Assembly: GCA_021414235.1 (NCBI GenBank) | Contig: JAIOOV010000004.1 | Coordinates: forward strand, 36,250 to 100,249 | Reading direction: 5' to 3' | Source: Candidatus Parcubacteria bacterium | GTDB taxonomy: Bacteria; Patescibacteriota; Minisyncoccia; Phycocordibacterales; JAKFXT01 | Length of the DNA stretch: 64,000 nt | Shown here: in pieces, positions 17,589 to 26,352 of the stretch | Numbering within the stretch: position 1 is the stretch's first letter | Layout of the letters: each line of letters begins with the position of its first letter | Made by a program: the position numbers and the translations under genes | The notes under the pieces: generated by a model | Databases searched by the model: none | Seen by the model: the letters and a program-made list of their open reading frames with translations, nothing else | What the model was told of the DNA's origin: nothing

Positions 17589-19403
17589 ATGGCACTTTTT
17601 GATTTTTTAAGCTCTAAAAAGAAGGAGGAGGATGCACTCACCGCCATCCTTCCTAAGGAGATATACCAATCCGGCGTCCTGGAACTGAAAGACGTCATCG
17701 CCCCCTCCGCGCTCAAAGTGAGCCCTCGCAGTCTCAATCTGGGGGACAAAATCGTGCGAAGCTTCTTCGTCATCTCCTACCCCCGCTTCCTTTCAGAAAG
17801 CTGGTTCGCCCCGGTCATCAACTTGGACAAGGTCTTTGACGTCTCTATCTTCGTCCACCCCATCGATACCGCCAAGGTGCTCCGCCAGTTCCAGAAGAAG
17901 GTGGCTGAAGTAGAGAGCCAGATCAATACGCGCCAAGAGAGGGGACTCGTACGCGACCCCGTCCTCGATACCGCCTACCAAGACCTGGAGAACCTGCGTG
18001 ACTCCCTCCAGCAGGCGCAGGAGAAGCTCTTCGACGTCGGCCTCTACATCTCTGTCTACGGAGATTCGGAGACTGAGCTCGACAAGGCGGAGAACGAGAT
18101 AAAATCCATCCTCGAATCCAAGCTCGTTTATGTGAAGCCGGCGCTCTTCCAGCAGGAACAGGGCTTCAAGAGTATCCTGCCGATCGGCACGGACGAGCTT
18201 AATGTGCACAGCAAGCTCAATTCTTCGCCGCTCTCAAGCCTTTTCCCATTCATCTCTTTCGACCTCACCTCCGACAAGGGCATTCTCTACGGCGTGAACC
18301 GCCAAAACTCGAGCCTGGTGCTCTTCGACCGCTTCTCACTCGAGAACTACAATTCCATCACCTTCGCAAAGTCCGGAAGCGGCAAATCCTACGCTACCAA
18401 GCTCGAAATCCTGCGCAGCCTCATGTTCGACACAGAGGTCATCGTCATCGACCCGGAGAAGGAGTACGAATATCTCGCAGACGCCGTCGGCGGTCGCTAC
18501 TTCAATATCTCACTCACCTCCGACCACCACATAAACCCCTTCGACCTGCCGATGCCGGGGGAAGACGAATCGCCCTCGGACGTGCTTCGCTCCAACACCG
18601 TGAACCTCGTCGGACTCTTCCGCATCATGCTCGGAGGACTCACCCCGGAGGAGGACGCCATCATCGATCGCGCCATCACCGAGACCTATGCGCTCAAGGA
18701 TATAAGCCCGGATTCAAATTTCGCCAATATCGAGCCGCCCCTCATGTCCGACTTCGAGATGGTGCTCTCCGGCATGGAAGGAGGGGACTCGCTCGCACAG
18801 CGTCTCTCCAAATACACTCGTGGCACCTGGGCGGGGTTCATCAACAGTCCTACCAACGTTGATATCAACAAGAAATTCGTAGTCTTCTCCGTGCGCGACA
18901 TGGAAGATGAGCTCAAGCCGGTGGCCATGTATCTCATCACGCACTATATCTGGAACGCGGTGCGCAAGAACATCAAGAAGCGCCTCTTGGTGATGGATGA
19001 GGCGTGGTGGATGATGAAATCGGAAGATACGGCTTCCTTCCTCTATAGCCTGGCGAAGCGTGGGCGCAAATACTACCTAGGGCTTGCCACCATCACCCAG
19101 GACGTAAGCGATTTCTTGAAATCGCCGTACGGGCTCCCCATCATCACCAACTCCTCCATTCAGCTTCTGCTCAAGCAGTCGCCCTCTTCGATCGACGAGG
19201 TACAGAGGACCTTCAACCTCACCGATGAGGAGAAGTATCTTCTTCTCGAGTCCGACGTGGGGGAGGGGATATTCTTCGCGGGGTTGAAACACGTAGCCAT
19301 CAAAGTGATCGCCTCTTATACCGAGGACCAGATCATCACCTCCGACCCTTCTCAACTCCTCGCCATCAAGAAAGCCAAGACGGAGCTCTCCTTAAAGCAA
19401 TGA
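17589..19403 (+). CDS. VirB4/TraC-family conjugal transfer ATPase, main ATPase portion
   Basis: Walker A AKSGSGKSYATK; Walker B LLVMDEAWWMM; C-terminal ATITQDVSDF. 604 aa. Confidence 0.85.
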   Translation: MALFDFLSSKKKEEDALTAILPKEIYQSGVLELKDVIAPSALKVSPRSLNLGDKIVRSFFVISYPRFLSESWFAPVINLDKVFDVSIFVHPIDTAKVLRQFQKKVAEVESQINTRQERGLVRDPVLDTAYQDLENLRDSLQQAQEKLFDVGLYISVYGDSETELDKAENEIKSILESKLVYVKPALFQQEQGFKSILPIGTDELNVHSKLNSSPLSSLFPFISFDLTSDKGILYGVNRQNSSLVLFDRFSLENYNSITFAKSGSGKSYATKLEILRSLMFDTEVIVIDPEKEYEYLADAVGGRYFNISLTSDHHINPFDLPMPGEDESPSDVLRSNTVNLVGLFRIMLGGLTPEEDAIIDRAITETYALKDISPDSNFANIEPPLMSDFEMVLSGMEGGDSLAQRLSKYTRGTWAGFINSPTNVDINKKFVVFSVRDMEDELKPVAMYLITHYIWNAVRKNIKKRLLVMDEAWWMMKSEDTASFLYSLAKRGRKYYLGLATITQDVSDFLKSPYGLPIITNSSIQLLLKQSPSSIDEVQRTFNLTDEEKYLLLESDVGEGIFFAGLKHVAIKVIASYTEDQIITSDPSQLLAIKKAKTELSLKQ

Positions 19404-20134
19404 AGAACCTCTTCCTCAACGCACTGCTCCTGACAAGCCTCTTCCTGTGGGGAAGTGGAAATGTAGCAGAAGCGCAGACAGCTGCATCCGTAAGGAATGC
19501 AGAGATCCTCTTCCAAGGAGATACCTATGCGCCGCCCTTCTACCGCGGGAAAGCGCTTCTCTCGGGAGAGAACGCAGTGACTGTCGTGGCCTACCCCGAT
19601 CTCTCGGGCACCTCGCTCGATCCAGCGCGGCTTCACTACAAATGGATGCGGGACGGGGAGGTCATCCCTGGGTATACCGGAACAGGGAAGCGGCTCGCCA
19701 CCTTCGCAACATCCATCGCAAGCGACGAGACCCTCCTCGAGGTGGAGATAGCCGACCCTAACGGAAGCTACCGGGCCAAAAAATCCATGTACCTGAAGGA
19801 TCGGAAGCCTAAGGTCGTGATTTATGAGGACAACGCGATCCTAGGCGTGCTTTATAATCGAGCGGTAGCCAAAGAATTCACTCTCTCTGGCTCTGAAACT
19901 GCGTTCCTGGGCATCCCGTTCTTCTTCTCTGCAGACACCTCGCGGGACCCTCAGCTCAAATACGAATGGAGCGTGGGCGGGCAAAGCGACGCAGGAGACG
20001 ACCGTCTCGTCGTGCGGAGCGAAGGAGAACGTGGAGTTTCCACCATCGCGCTCCAGGTCGGACATAGGAATAAATTCACTCAGCTAGCCTCATATGGATT
20101 CACTATCCTCTTCGGCAATGAACCTACTCGCTAA
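19400..20134 (+). CDS. Secreted hypothetical protein (T4SS-like locus)
   Basis: Signal peptide MKNLFLNALLLTSLFLWGSGNVAEA. ATGA overlap with the VirB4 stop. Confidence 0.5.
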   Translation: MKNLFLNALLLTSLFLWGSGNVAEAQTAASVRNAEILFQGDTYAPPFYRGKALLSGENAVTVVAYPDLSGTSLDPARLHYKWMRDGEVIPGYTGTGKRLATFATSIASDETLLEVEIADPNGSYRAKKSMYLKDRKPKVVIYEDNAILGVLYNRAVAKEFTLSGSETAFLGIPFFFSADTSRDPQLKYEWSVGGQSDAGDDRLVVRSEGERGVSTIALQVGHRNKFTQLASYGFTILFGNEPTR

Positions 20135-20855
20135 CACACTACGAATCGGCGCGGCGGCGGCAATGTTCCTCGCCGGGGCAGGGGAGGTGTTCGCGCAAGT
20201 TGAGTACCGGCTCCTCCGCCCTCTGCCTAATTTCCCCGCGGTCATAGGCACAGAACTCACGCTGACCTCTTATCTCCAGAGCGCTTTCTATCTTGTCCTC
20301 GGGCTCAGTGCGACTGCCGCCGTTATCCTGGGGATAGTCTACGGCTTCGCCTACATGACTTCAGACGTAGTCGTGAGCAAGGAGAACGCCAAGAAGCATC
20401 TCACCCAGATCGTTTGGGGAATAGGCCTCCTGCTTGCCTCCTATCTCATCCTCTACACTATCAACCCCCGCCTGGTGAACCTCGATGCGGGGCTGAGCAA
20501 ACTTAGGGTCACCGTCCCCTCGACGGAATTCTCGAGGCCGCAAGTGCCCCGGGAAGTTTCTCAGAATTACAATATAGGGGCGAGACCGCCGACCACAGAA
20601 GAACAGGCCGCAGCAGCAAGCAATGGTGGGAAACAGATAGTCGGTCTTTTCGATTACGATAGCTACATAACTCAGTGCATGTCCATGGAAGCCACCTTCA
20701 CCCGAGACCAGTGTGAGGAGGCCGCCACGAGAGCGCACGAGCAGTTTAGCCTCACTTGCGGTTCGTACTTATACACACCCTCTGTTTCCGGGCGGAGAGT
20801 CTCTTGCTCTTGTACGCCAAACCCTCCCCGCGAAACCTGTAATCGATCGATATGA
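20094..20855 (+). CDS. Putative VirB2/TrbC-type pilin-like protein with Cys-rich C-terminal extension
   Basis: Signal peptide plus two hydrophobic helices (AFYLVLGLSATAAVILGIVYGFAYM; IVWGIGLLLASYLILYTI), a VirB2-like architecture. The C-terminal ~100 aa carries 7 Cys. Alternative start at 20115. Confidence 0.4.
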   Translation: MDSLSSSAMNLLANTLRIGAAAAMFLAGAGEVFAQVEYRLLRPLPNFPAVIGTELTLTSYLQSAFYLVLGLSATAAVILGIVYGFAYMTSDVVVSKENAKKHLTQIVWGIGLLLASYLILYTINPRLVNLDAGLSKLRVTVPSTEFSRPQVPREVSQNYNIGARPPTTEEQAAAASNGGKQIVGLFDYDSYITQCMSMEATFTRDQCEEAATRAHEQFSLTCGSYLYTPSVSGRRVSCSCTPNPPRETCNRSI

Positions 20856-22078
20856 GCAGCGATTCTAAAAAACAACTTTTTCTTTTCCTAGCCTATTTTG
20901 TAGGTACCGTAATACTAATTGTCGTCGCGTTCTTCGGTTGGAGATACATCACGAACACCGACACCTCTGTACTAACCGGCGGCCCTAACGGTAATAGCAA
21001 TCTCCCCATCTTTCCTTCTGTCGGCGGGGGAGCATCACTTCCAAGCGGAAGTACGAATGGGAACGGAGAGAAGAAGGAGGAAGTCCCAGAGACCCCTAAG
21101 GTGTACCAGGTTTCCGCCAAGCCGGTGGCAGGCTACACCATCGCCAAGAATAACGGGGAGTGGGTGACCCGCTATGTAGACCGGGGTACCGGGAATATCT
21201 ACGAGAGCTCGCTAGAGAAAGTCTCCCACAAGCGCATTACCAACACCACCCTGCCGCAGACAGTCGAAGCGACCTTCACCTCGAGCAGCACCGTATTACT
21301 CCGCTCCACTCTTCCTTCAGGTGCGATCCGTACCCAGTACGGGAGAGTATTAGCGACCTCCTCCGGAGAATTCCGTCCACTTCTCACCTCCGAGCTCCCC
21401 GAAGACATCACCTGGCTCTCCGCGCGCTCGAACGACATTTTCTACCTGCAAAAAGACGACGCTAACGGGACCGCAGGCTTCCTCATGAATCTCGACCGCA
21501 AAGTCCCGAGCAGAATATTCTCCTATCCGCTTTCTGAGTGGATTCCTCGGCTCCTCGAAGGGAACAGGGTGTTCCTGCAGAGCAAGGCTTCCGCGTACGC
21601 TCCTGGAGGGCTCTTCCTCCTCTCTGGAAATGCTACCAACCCAGCACCCCTCCTCCTCGGAGGCTACGGCCTCGCCGCGCTTCCCAACGACAAAGGCACC
21701 AAAGCCCTCGTCTCTCAAACAGTCACCAACTTCCCCCAGCTCTCGCTTCTCGACATAGCTACGAAACGCACCTCTTCTCTGCCCCTCAGCACCTTTGCGG
21801 AAAAATGCACCTGGAGCACGGCATCCTCGAGTATCGCATACTGCTTCATGCCAAAGACCGCGGAGCCCGGCGTTTACCCGGACGAGTGGTATTCGGGAGA
21901 AAAGAGCTTCACTGACACGCTCTGGGAGGTGAATACAGCTACTGGAGACCTCGTCATCCTGGAGAAGTTTACTGAAGAGGAGATGGACAGCATCGAGGTG
22001 TCAGTCTCTGGCGACAACCGCTTCCTTCTTTTTATAAACAAAAAGGACCTCTCCCTCTGGAGCGTCCGTTTGAGATAG
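20852..22078 (+). CDS. Membrane-anchored extracytoplasmic hypothetical protein (T4SS-like locus)
   Basis: N-terminal TM (LFLFLAYFVGTVILIVVAFFGW), then a 380-aa mostly beta-type extracellular region. ATGA overlap with the previous gene. Confidence 0.5.
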   Translation: MSSDSKKQLFLFLAYFVGTVILIVVAFFGWRYITNTDTSVLTGGPNGNSNLPIFPSVGGGASLPSGSTNGNGEKKEEVPETPKVYQVSAKPVAGYTIAKNNGEWVTRYVDRGTGNIYESSLEKVSHKRITNTTLPQTVEATFTSSSTVLLRSTLPSGAIRTQYGRVLATSSGEFRPLLTSELPEDITWLSARSNDIFYLQKDDANGTAGFLMNLDRKVPSRIFSYPLSEWIPRLLEGNRVFLQSKASAYAPGGLFLLSGNATNPAPLLLGGYGLAALPNDKGTKALVSQTVTNFPQLSLLDIATKRTSSLPLSTFAEKCTWSTASSSIAYCFMPKTAEPGVYPDEWYSGEKSFTDTLWEVNTATGDLVILEKFTEEEMDSIEVSVSGDNRFLLFINKKDLSLWSVRLR

Positions 22079-22081
22079 GCC

Positions 22082-22816
22082 CTAGGCCTTCTTGGCGGCG
22101 ATAGAACGCCTGAACCACCAATCCTGGATGACCGTGAAGGTGTTGCTCGCTACCCAATAGAGCGCTACCGCAGCAGTCAGGCTGTGGGCGATGAATATGA
22201 TGATGATCGGGAGCACGTAGCGCACCTGGATGCTCATGCTGCGAGCGAAATCTTCTTTAAAAGAGGGCTCTGCGCCGGCCACGCGCGGAGGAACCGCAGG
22301 GGTTGCGAAATACGCCTGGACGAACTGGGTCCCTCCCGCAAGGAGCGCTAAGGGCCAGCTTTTACCTGCCATATCGAGGAATCCGAAGAAGAGCATGTCC
22401 ACGGAAGGAGGAGCTGAGACAAAGGAGTAGAGGGCGGTCGTGTCGATCGCCGGCAGTCCTCCTTTATAGAAAATGAGGTAGAGCGCGATGACGATGGGGA
22501 TCTGCACCAGAAGGGCCCAGAACATGGTAAAAGGACTCACATTTCGGCTGCGGTAGAGATTCATGAGCGCCTGGGCCTGCTGCGCCTTGTCATCCTTATG
22601 CTTCTGCTTCAGAGCCTCTACTTCTCCCTCGAGCTCCTTGAGGACTGCCTGGGTATGCGCCGCCTTCTTGGAGAGAGGGAGGAGGACGAACTTCACGATG
22701 ACAGTGGAGATGACCACCGCGATGCCGACATCATGCGTCGGGATGACGTCGATGAGGAACACTAAGAGGTTATATATCGGATCGTGGATCAGCGTATTGA
22801 AAATTCCTGAGATCAT
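22082..22816 (-). CDS. yidC: Membrane protein insertase YidC (short, Gram-positive/Oxa1-like form)
   Basis: 244 aa, 5 TM. Conserved FVLLPLSKKAAHTQAVLKELEGEVEALKQK...VSPF...LLVQIPIVIALY. Located directly downstream of rnpA. Confidence 0.85.
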   Translation of the reverse strand: MISGIFNTLIHDPIYNLLVFLIDVIPTHDVGIAVVISTVIVKFVLLPLSKKAAHTQAVLKELEGEVEALKQKHKDDKAQQAQALMNLYRSRNVSPFTMFWALLVQIPIVIALYLIFYKGGLPAIDTTALYSFVSAPPSVDMLFFGFLDMAGKSWPLALLAGGTQFVQAYFATPAVPPRVAGAEPSFKEDFARSMSIQVRYVLPIIIIFIAHSLTAAVALYWVASNTFTVIQDWWFRRSIAAKKA

Positions 22817-22828
22817 AGCTGGTTAAGA

Positions 22829-23158
22829 TTATCGAGAGAGGGCCTGGAACGCCTCGGTAATGGCTTCTCTCAGCGCTCCCGGCGTCGCCTTAAGGCTCTC
22901 TCTGCGAAGAAAGAAGGCGACGCCGGTATGGAGAGGGAGGAGGGCAACAGAGGGACGGATTGCCGCGTAGACCCTACGGCGGGCATTGTTACGCGAAGAG
23001 GCGAGAGGCGCTTCCTTCTTTGATACTACCACCGCGACCTTCCTCCCCACAAAGCCCGTAGCGGAACGCATGGAAAAGAGGGGGTAATTACGCGAACGAC
23101 CTCCTTTTAGGAGGAGGTCGAATTCCTCTCGAGTGAATCGGGAGGCCTTGGGAAGCAT
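22829..23158 (-). CDS. rnpA: Ribonuclease P protein component
   Basis: LPKASRFTREEFDLLLKGG...AVVVSKK motif; 109 aa, basic. Confidence 0.85.
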   Translation of the reverse strand: MLPKASRFTREEFDLLLKGGRSRNYPLFSMRSATGFVGRKVAVVVSKKEAPLASSRNNARRRVYAAIRPSVALLPLHTGVAFFLRRESLKATPGALREAITEAFQALSR

Positions 23159-23292
23159 TAGAGGGCGATGCGGGCGCGCCCTCTCTGGCGTCGGCGGGCG
23201 ATGACTTTGCTTCCGTTCTTGGTGCGGGAACGGACCAGGAAGCCGTGGGCACTGGCGCGCTTCTTCTTTTTGGGTTGGTATGTGAACGACAT
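23158..23292 (-). CDS. rpmH: 50S ribosomal protein L34
   Basis: Minus-strand translation [44 protein letters not shown]. Its stop overlaps the rnpA start (TAATG). Absent from the ORF track because it is under 60 aa. Confidence 0.9.
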   Translation of the reverse strand: MSFTYQPKKKKRASAHGFLVRSRTKNGSKVIARRRQRGRARIAL

Positions 23293-23441
23293 GATGGGGA
23301 GAGTCTAGCAGAAATACTCTTTGTTTAAAAGGGGTATTGGAAAACAGCTAAAAGTTTTCCCCCTATGCACAGCTTATCACCACACAAACCTATCTGCGGT
23401 AAGTGCCCCTGAGATAGCCCGAGGATATAATTAACGAGCCT

Positions 23442-24782
23442 ATGGATAATAAGCAGCTCTGGGATAGTGTACTCGCGGAGATTGAACTCTCCACTTCCCG
23501 GGCTAATTTCGCTACCTGGTTCAAGAACACAGCCATCGTGCGGCAGGAAGAGGGGGTCATCTTCCTCGGTGTTCCCAATCAATTCGTCAAAGAGTGGCTT
23601 TTCAATAAGTACCACAAGGCGATCCTCAAGAGCCTGCGCGGCCTCTCCGAGCATATCCGCTCCATCGAGTACACCATCAGCAAGGAACCGCCGAAGCAGG
23701 AACAGCCTAAGAAGGTCATGGATCATGGGAGCCAAGAACTTCCGCTCTCGGATTACTACATCAACAAGGAGGATAACCTCAATCCTCGTTACACCTTCGA
23801 CAGCTTCATCGTAGGCCCCTTCAACGAGCTCGCGCACGCAGCCGCCCAGGCGGTCATCAAGAAGCCGGGCATCGTCTACAACCCGCTTTTCATCTACGGG
23901 AGCACCGGGCACGGCAAGACCCACCTCATCCAGGCGATAGGGAACCACTTCAAGAACACGGACAGCTCCAAGAAGGTCTACTACATCACCTCCGAGAAGT
24001 TCACCATGGACTGCCTCAGCTCCATCGAATCCGGCAAAATGAGCCTCTTTAAGGAGAAATACCGTAAGTACGATGTCCTCATCATGGACGACATTCAGTT
24101 CCTCTCCCAGAAGGCGCGCATGCAGGAAGAGCTCTTCCACCTCTTCAACACGCTCTACGACAACAATAAGCAGCTCATCTTCTCTTCCGACAAGGACCCT
24201 AACTACATTCCGCACCTCGAAGAGCGCCTTCAGTCCCGCTTCATCGCGGGCATGAAGGTCGATATCCCGCCGCCGGATCATGAATCGAGGATGGCTATCC
24301 TTAAAGCCAAGAGCCAGAAGATGGACGTGATGCTCTCCTACGAGGTGCTCGACTACCTGGCCGGCTCCACCGGGAGCAACATCCGTGAGCTCGAAGGCGC
24401 GCTCAATACAGTGATCTGCCAGGCGCAGCTCAAGAACAAGGATCTCTCTGTAAACGAGATCCGGCAGCTCATCAAAGAGAGCGCCAAGCCCAAGAAGGCG
24501 GTCTCTATAAAGGACGTGATCAAAGTGATCGCGGATTTCTACAATATCGAGGAGGCGAGCATCTACGAGAAGACCCGCCGGCAGGAGGTGGTGAAGCCCC
24601 GCCAGGTGATCATGTACATCCTGCGCGAGGATTTCAAGATCTCTTATCCTACGATAGGGGAGAAACTCGGAGGAAGGGACCACACGACCGTCATCCACTC
24701 CTGCGAGAAGATCAAGAACGACCTCAAGGAGGACGTCGGGCTCCTTCAGGACATCCAGCAGGTGCGTGTCCTGTTGAAATAG
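23442..24782 (+). CDS. dnaA: Chromosomal replication initiator protein DnaA
   Basis: N-terminal WDSVLAEIELSTSRANFATWFKNT; AAA+ GSTGHGKTHL; C-terminal DNA-binding domain ...GGRDHTTVIHSCEKI. Confidence 0.95.
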   Translation: MDNKQLWDSVLAEIELSTSRANFATWFKNTAIVRQEEGVIFLGVPNQFVKEWLFNKYHKAILKSLRGLSEHIRSIEYTISKEPPKQEQPKKVMDHGSQELPLSDYYINKEDNLNPRYTFDSFIVGPFNELAHAAAQAVIKKPGIVYNPLFIYGSTGHGKTHLIQAIGNHFKNTDSSKKVYYITSEKFTMDCLSSIESGKMSLFKEKYRKYDVLIMDDIQFLSQKARMQEELFHLFNTLYDNNKQLIFSSDKDPNYIPHLEERLQSRFIAGMKVDIPPPDHESRMAILKAKSQKMDVMLSYEVLDYLAGSTGSNIRELEGALNTVICQAQLKNKDLSVNEIRQLIKESAKPKKAVSIKDVIKVIADFYNIEEASIYEKTRRQEVVKPRQVIMYILREDFKISYPTIGEKLGGRDHTTVIHSCEKIKNDLKEDVGLLQDIQQVRVLLK

Positions 24783-24783
24783 G

Positions 24784-24991
24784 TGTGGATAGTAAGTGGA
24801 CTCGAATCGGAAAGAGTGAGGAGAACGCGAGTATAGAAATCAGATAAAGGGTACACTATCCACGAGCGTCCCCGAGATTCCCCAGAATACTAATTACGAT
24901 TTCCTGAACTACCGCCAGTAATAAGCCTCCAGGGACTTTTCCCCATATCCACACCCCTCATCATCATCATCTTTTAAATAAACAAATACTT
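24784..24991. promoter_or_regulatory. Candidate oriC segment: DnaA-box-like 9-mers plus AT-rich tract between dnaA and dnaN
   Basis: TGTGGATAG (24784-24792), CTATCCACG (24856-24864) and ATATCCACA (24945-24953) each differ by 1-2 nt from TTATCCACA or its complement. An AT-rich stretch tcatcatcatcttttaaataaacaaatactt (24958-24991) follows. Confidence 0.5.
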
Positions 24992-26092
24992 ATGAAGATA
25001 GAGTGTATAAAAGAAAAGTTATCGAAGGCTGTGGGTAAAGCCGAAAAGATCACTGGGAAGAACCTAACTCTACCGATATTAAGCTGCCTTCTTCTTAAGA
25101 CAGAAGGTCAGAATATTGTTCTGCGTTCTACTAATCTTGATCTCGGAGTGGAGCTCTCTTTCGGAGCGAAGGTAGAAGGAGAGGGGGAAGTAGCTATTCC
25201 TGCTTCTATCCTCAATAACTACCTCTCCTCCTCTCCTAATACACAGACGATCACCTTAGAGACCAAAGAAGGAGGTCTCGCCCTTTCTTCAAAGGAAGGT
25301 TCTACGTTCATAAAATCACATGCTCCGGAGGAGTTTCCTCTCATTCCTGTGGTACCCAAGGATTCTACGTTCATCATTAAGGCATCTGATCTGGTTCAGG
25401 GGCTGCGCGCGGTATGGTATAGCTCCTCGGTCTCGAGTATCAAGCCGGAGCTCGCGAGTGTGTATATCTACCAGAGCAATGGCGCGGTCTTCTTCGTAGC
25501 TACCGACTCTTTCCGTCTCGCGGAGAAGCAGATCATCAACAAGGGCAAGGCTGATTTCACTCCGATCCTCATCCCGTACAAGAATATCACTGAGATCATC
25601 CGGGTACTCGAAGATGCAGAAGGGGATGTGGAAGTAGCCGTAACTAAGAATCAGATTTCTTTCTCCTTCCCGGGGACGTACCTCACCTCACGAGTGATCG
25701 AGGGGGTGTTCCCAGACTATCGCCAGATCATCCCTAAGGAGTTCACTACGGAGGCGACGCTCCTCAAGCAGGATCTCCTTAATACTCTGCGTTTAGTGAA
25801 CATCTTCGCGGATAAGTTCAATCAGGTGAGCTTCAAGGTCTCGCCGAGCAAGAAAGAGCTTGAGCTCTCAAGCCGTAACAGCGAGGTGGGAGAGAGCGTA
25901 GAGAAGCTCGGTGGCTCTTTCACTGGGGAAGACCTGGAGATACATTTCAATTACAAATACGTGATCGATTGCTTCCAGTCCATCACGAGCGATAGTGTGA
26001 CGCTCCGCTTCACTGGGGCGCACAAGCCGCTTCTCATCGGAGGGGCGGGGGACAATTCCTTTACTTATCTGGTGATGCCGATGAATCGCTAG
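24992..26092 (+). CDS. dnaN: DNA polymerase III beta subunit (sliding clamp)
   Basis: 366 aa; MKIECIKEKLSKAV...; three-domain clamp length; C-terminal ...LIGGAGDNSFTYLVMPMNR. Confidence 0.95.
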   Translation: MKIECIKEKLSKAVGKAEKITGKNLTLPILSCLLLKTEGQNIVLRSTNLDLGVELSFGAKVEGEGEVAIPASILNNYLSSSPNTQTITLETKEGGLALSSKEGSTFIKSHAPEEFPLIPVVPKDSTFIIKASDLVQGLRAVWYSSSVSSIKPELASVYIYQSNGAVFFVATDSFRLAEKQIINKGKADFTPILIPYKNITEIIRVLEDAEGDVEVAVTKNQISFSFPGTYLTSRVIEGVFPDYRQIIPKEFTTEATLLKQDLLNTLRLVNIFADKFNQVSFKVSPSKKELELSSRNSEVGESVEKLGGSFTGEDLEIHFNYKYVIDCFQSITSDSVTLRFTGAHKPLLIGGAGDNSFTYLVMPMNR

Positions 26093-26097
26093 AACCA

Positions 26098-26352
26098 ATG
26101 GAATTCTCCCTCGCCGATCTCTTAAAGAGGATCAAGCTTCCGACGCCGAAGCGAGAGCTCGGCGGCATTCTGGAGTCGTACCTCTCCTCTAAAGGGATTA
26201 CCAGTTCCTGTGTCGCTTCTTCGGTAAGCGACCAAGTGCTTTATATAAAAACTGACGGAGCGACGAGACAGTATCTGCATCAGCATAAAGAAGAAGCCCT
26301 CTCCTTCCTCAAAGAGAGAGCTCCTCAGCATCACATTTTAGATATCGCCTAG
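26098..26352 (+). CDS. Small DUF721-like (DciA-like) protein downstream of dnaN
   Basis: 84 aa. LKRI...ILESYL...VSDQVLYIKTDGATRQYLHQHKEEALSFLKE resembles the DUF721 pattern. Position immediately after dnaN is typical. Weak call. Confidence 0.4.
   Translation: MEFSLADLLKRIKLPTPKRELGGILESYLSSKGITSSCVASSVSDQVLYIKTDGATRQYLHQHKEEALSFLKERAPQHHILDIA

Noticed and set aside
16940-17773. 277-aa minus-strand ORF spanning the VirB4 junction
   Set aside because: Antisense to VirB4-coding sequence on the plus strand. It does not explain the split and has no motif content.
23325-24698. 457-aa ORF on the minus strand
   Set aside because: Lies entirely antisense to dnaA, whose product has unmistakable DnaA motifs. 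The translation is low-complexity (R/L/D/E-rich), as expected for an antisense frame in GC-rich DNA.
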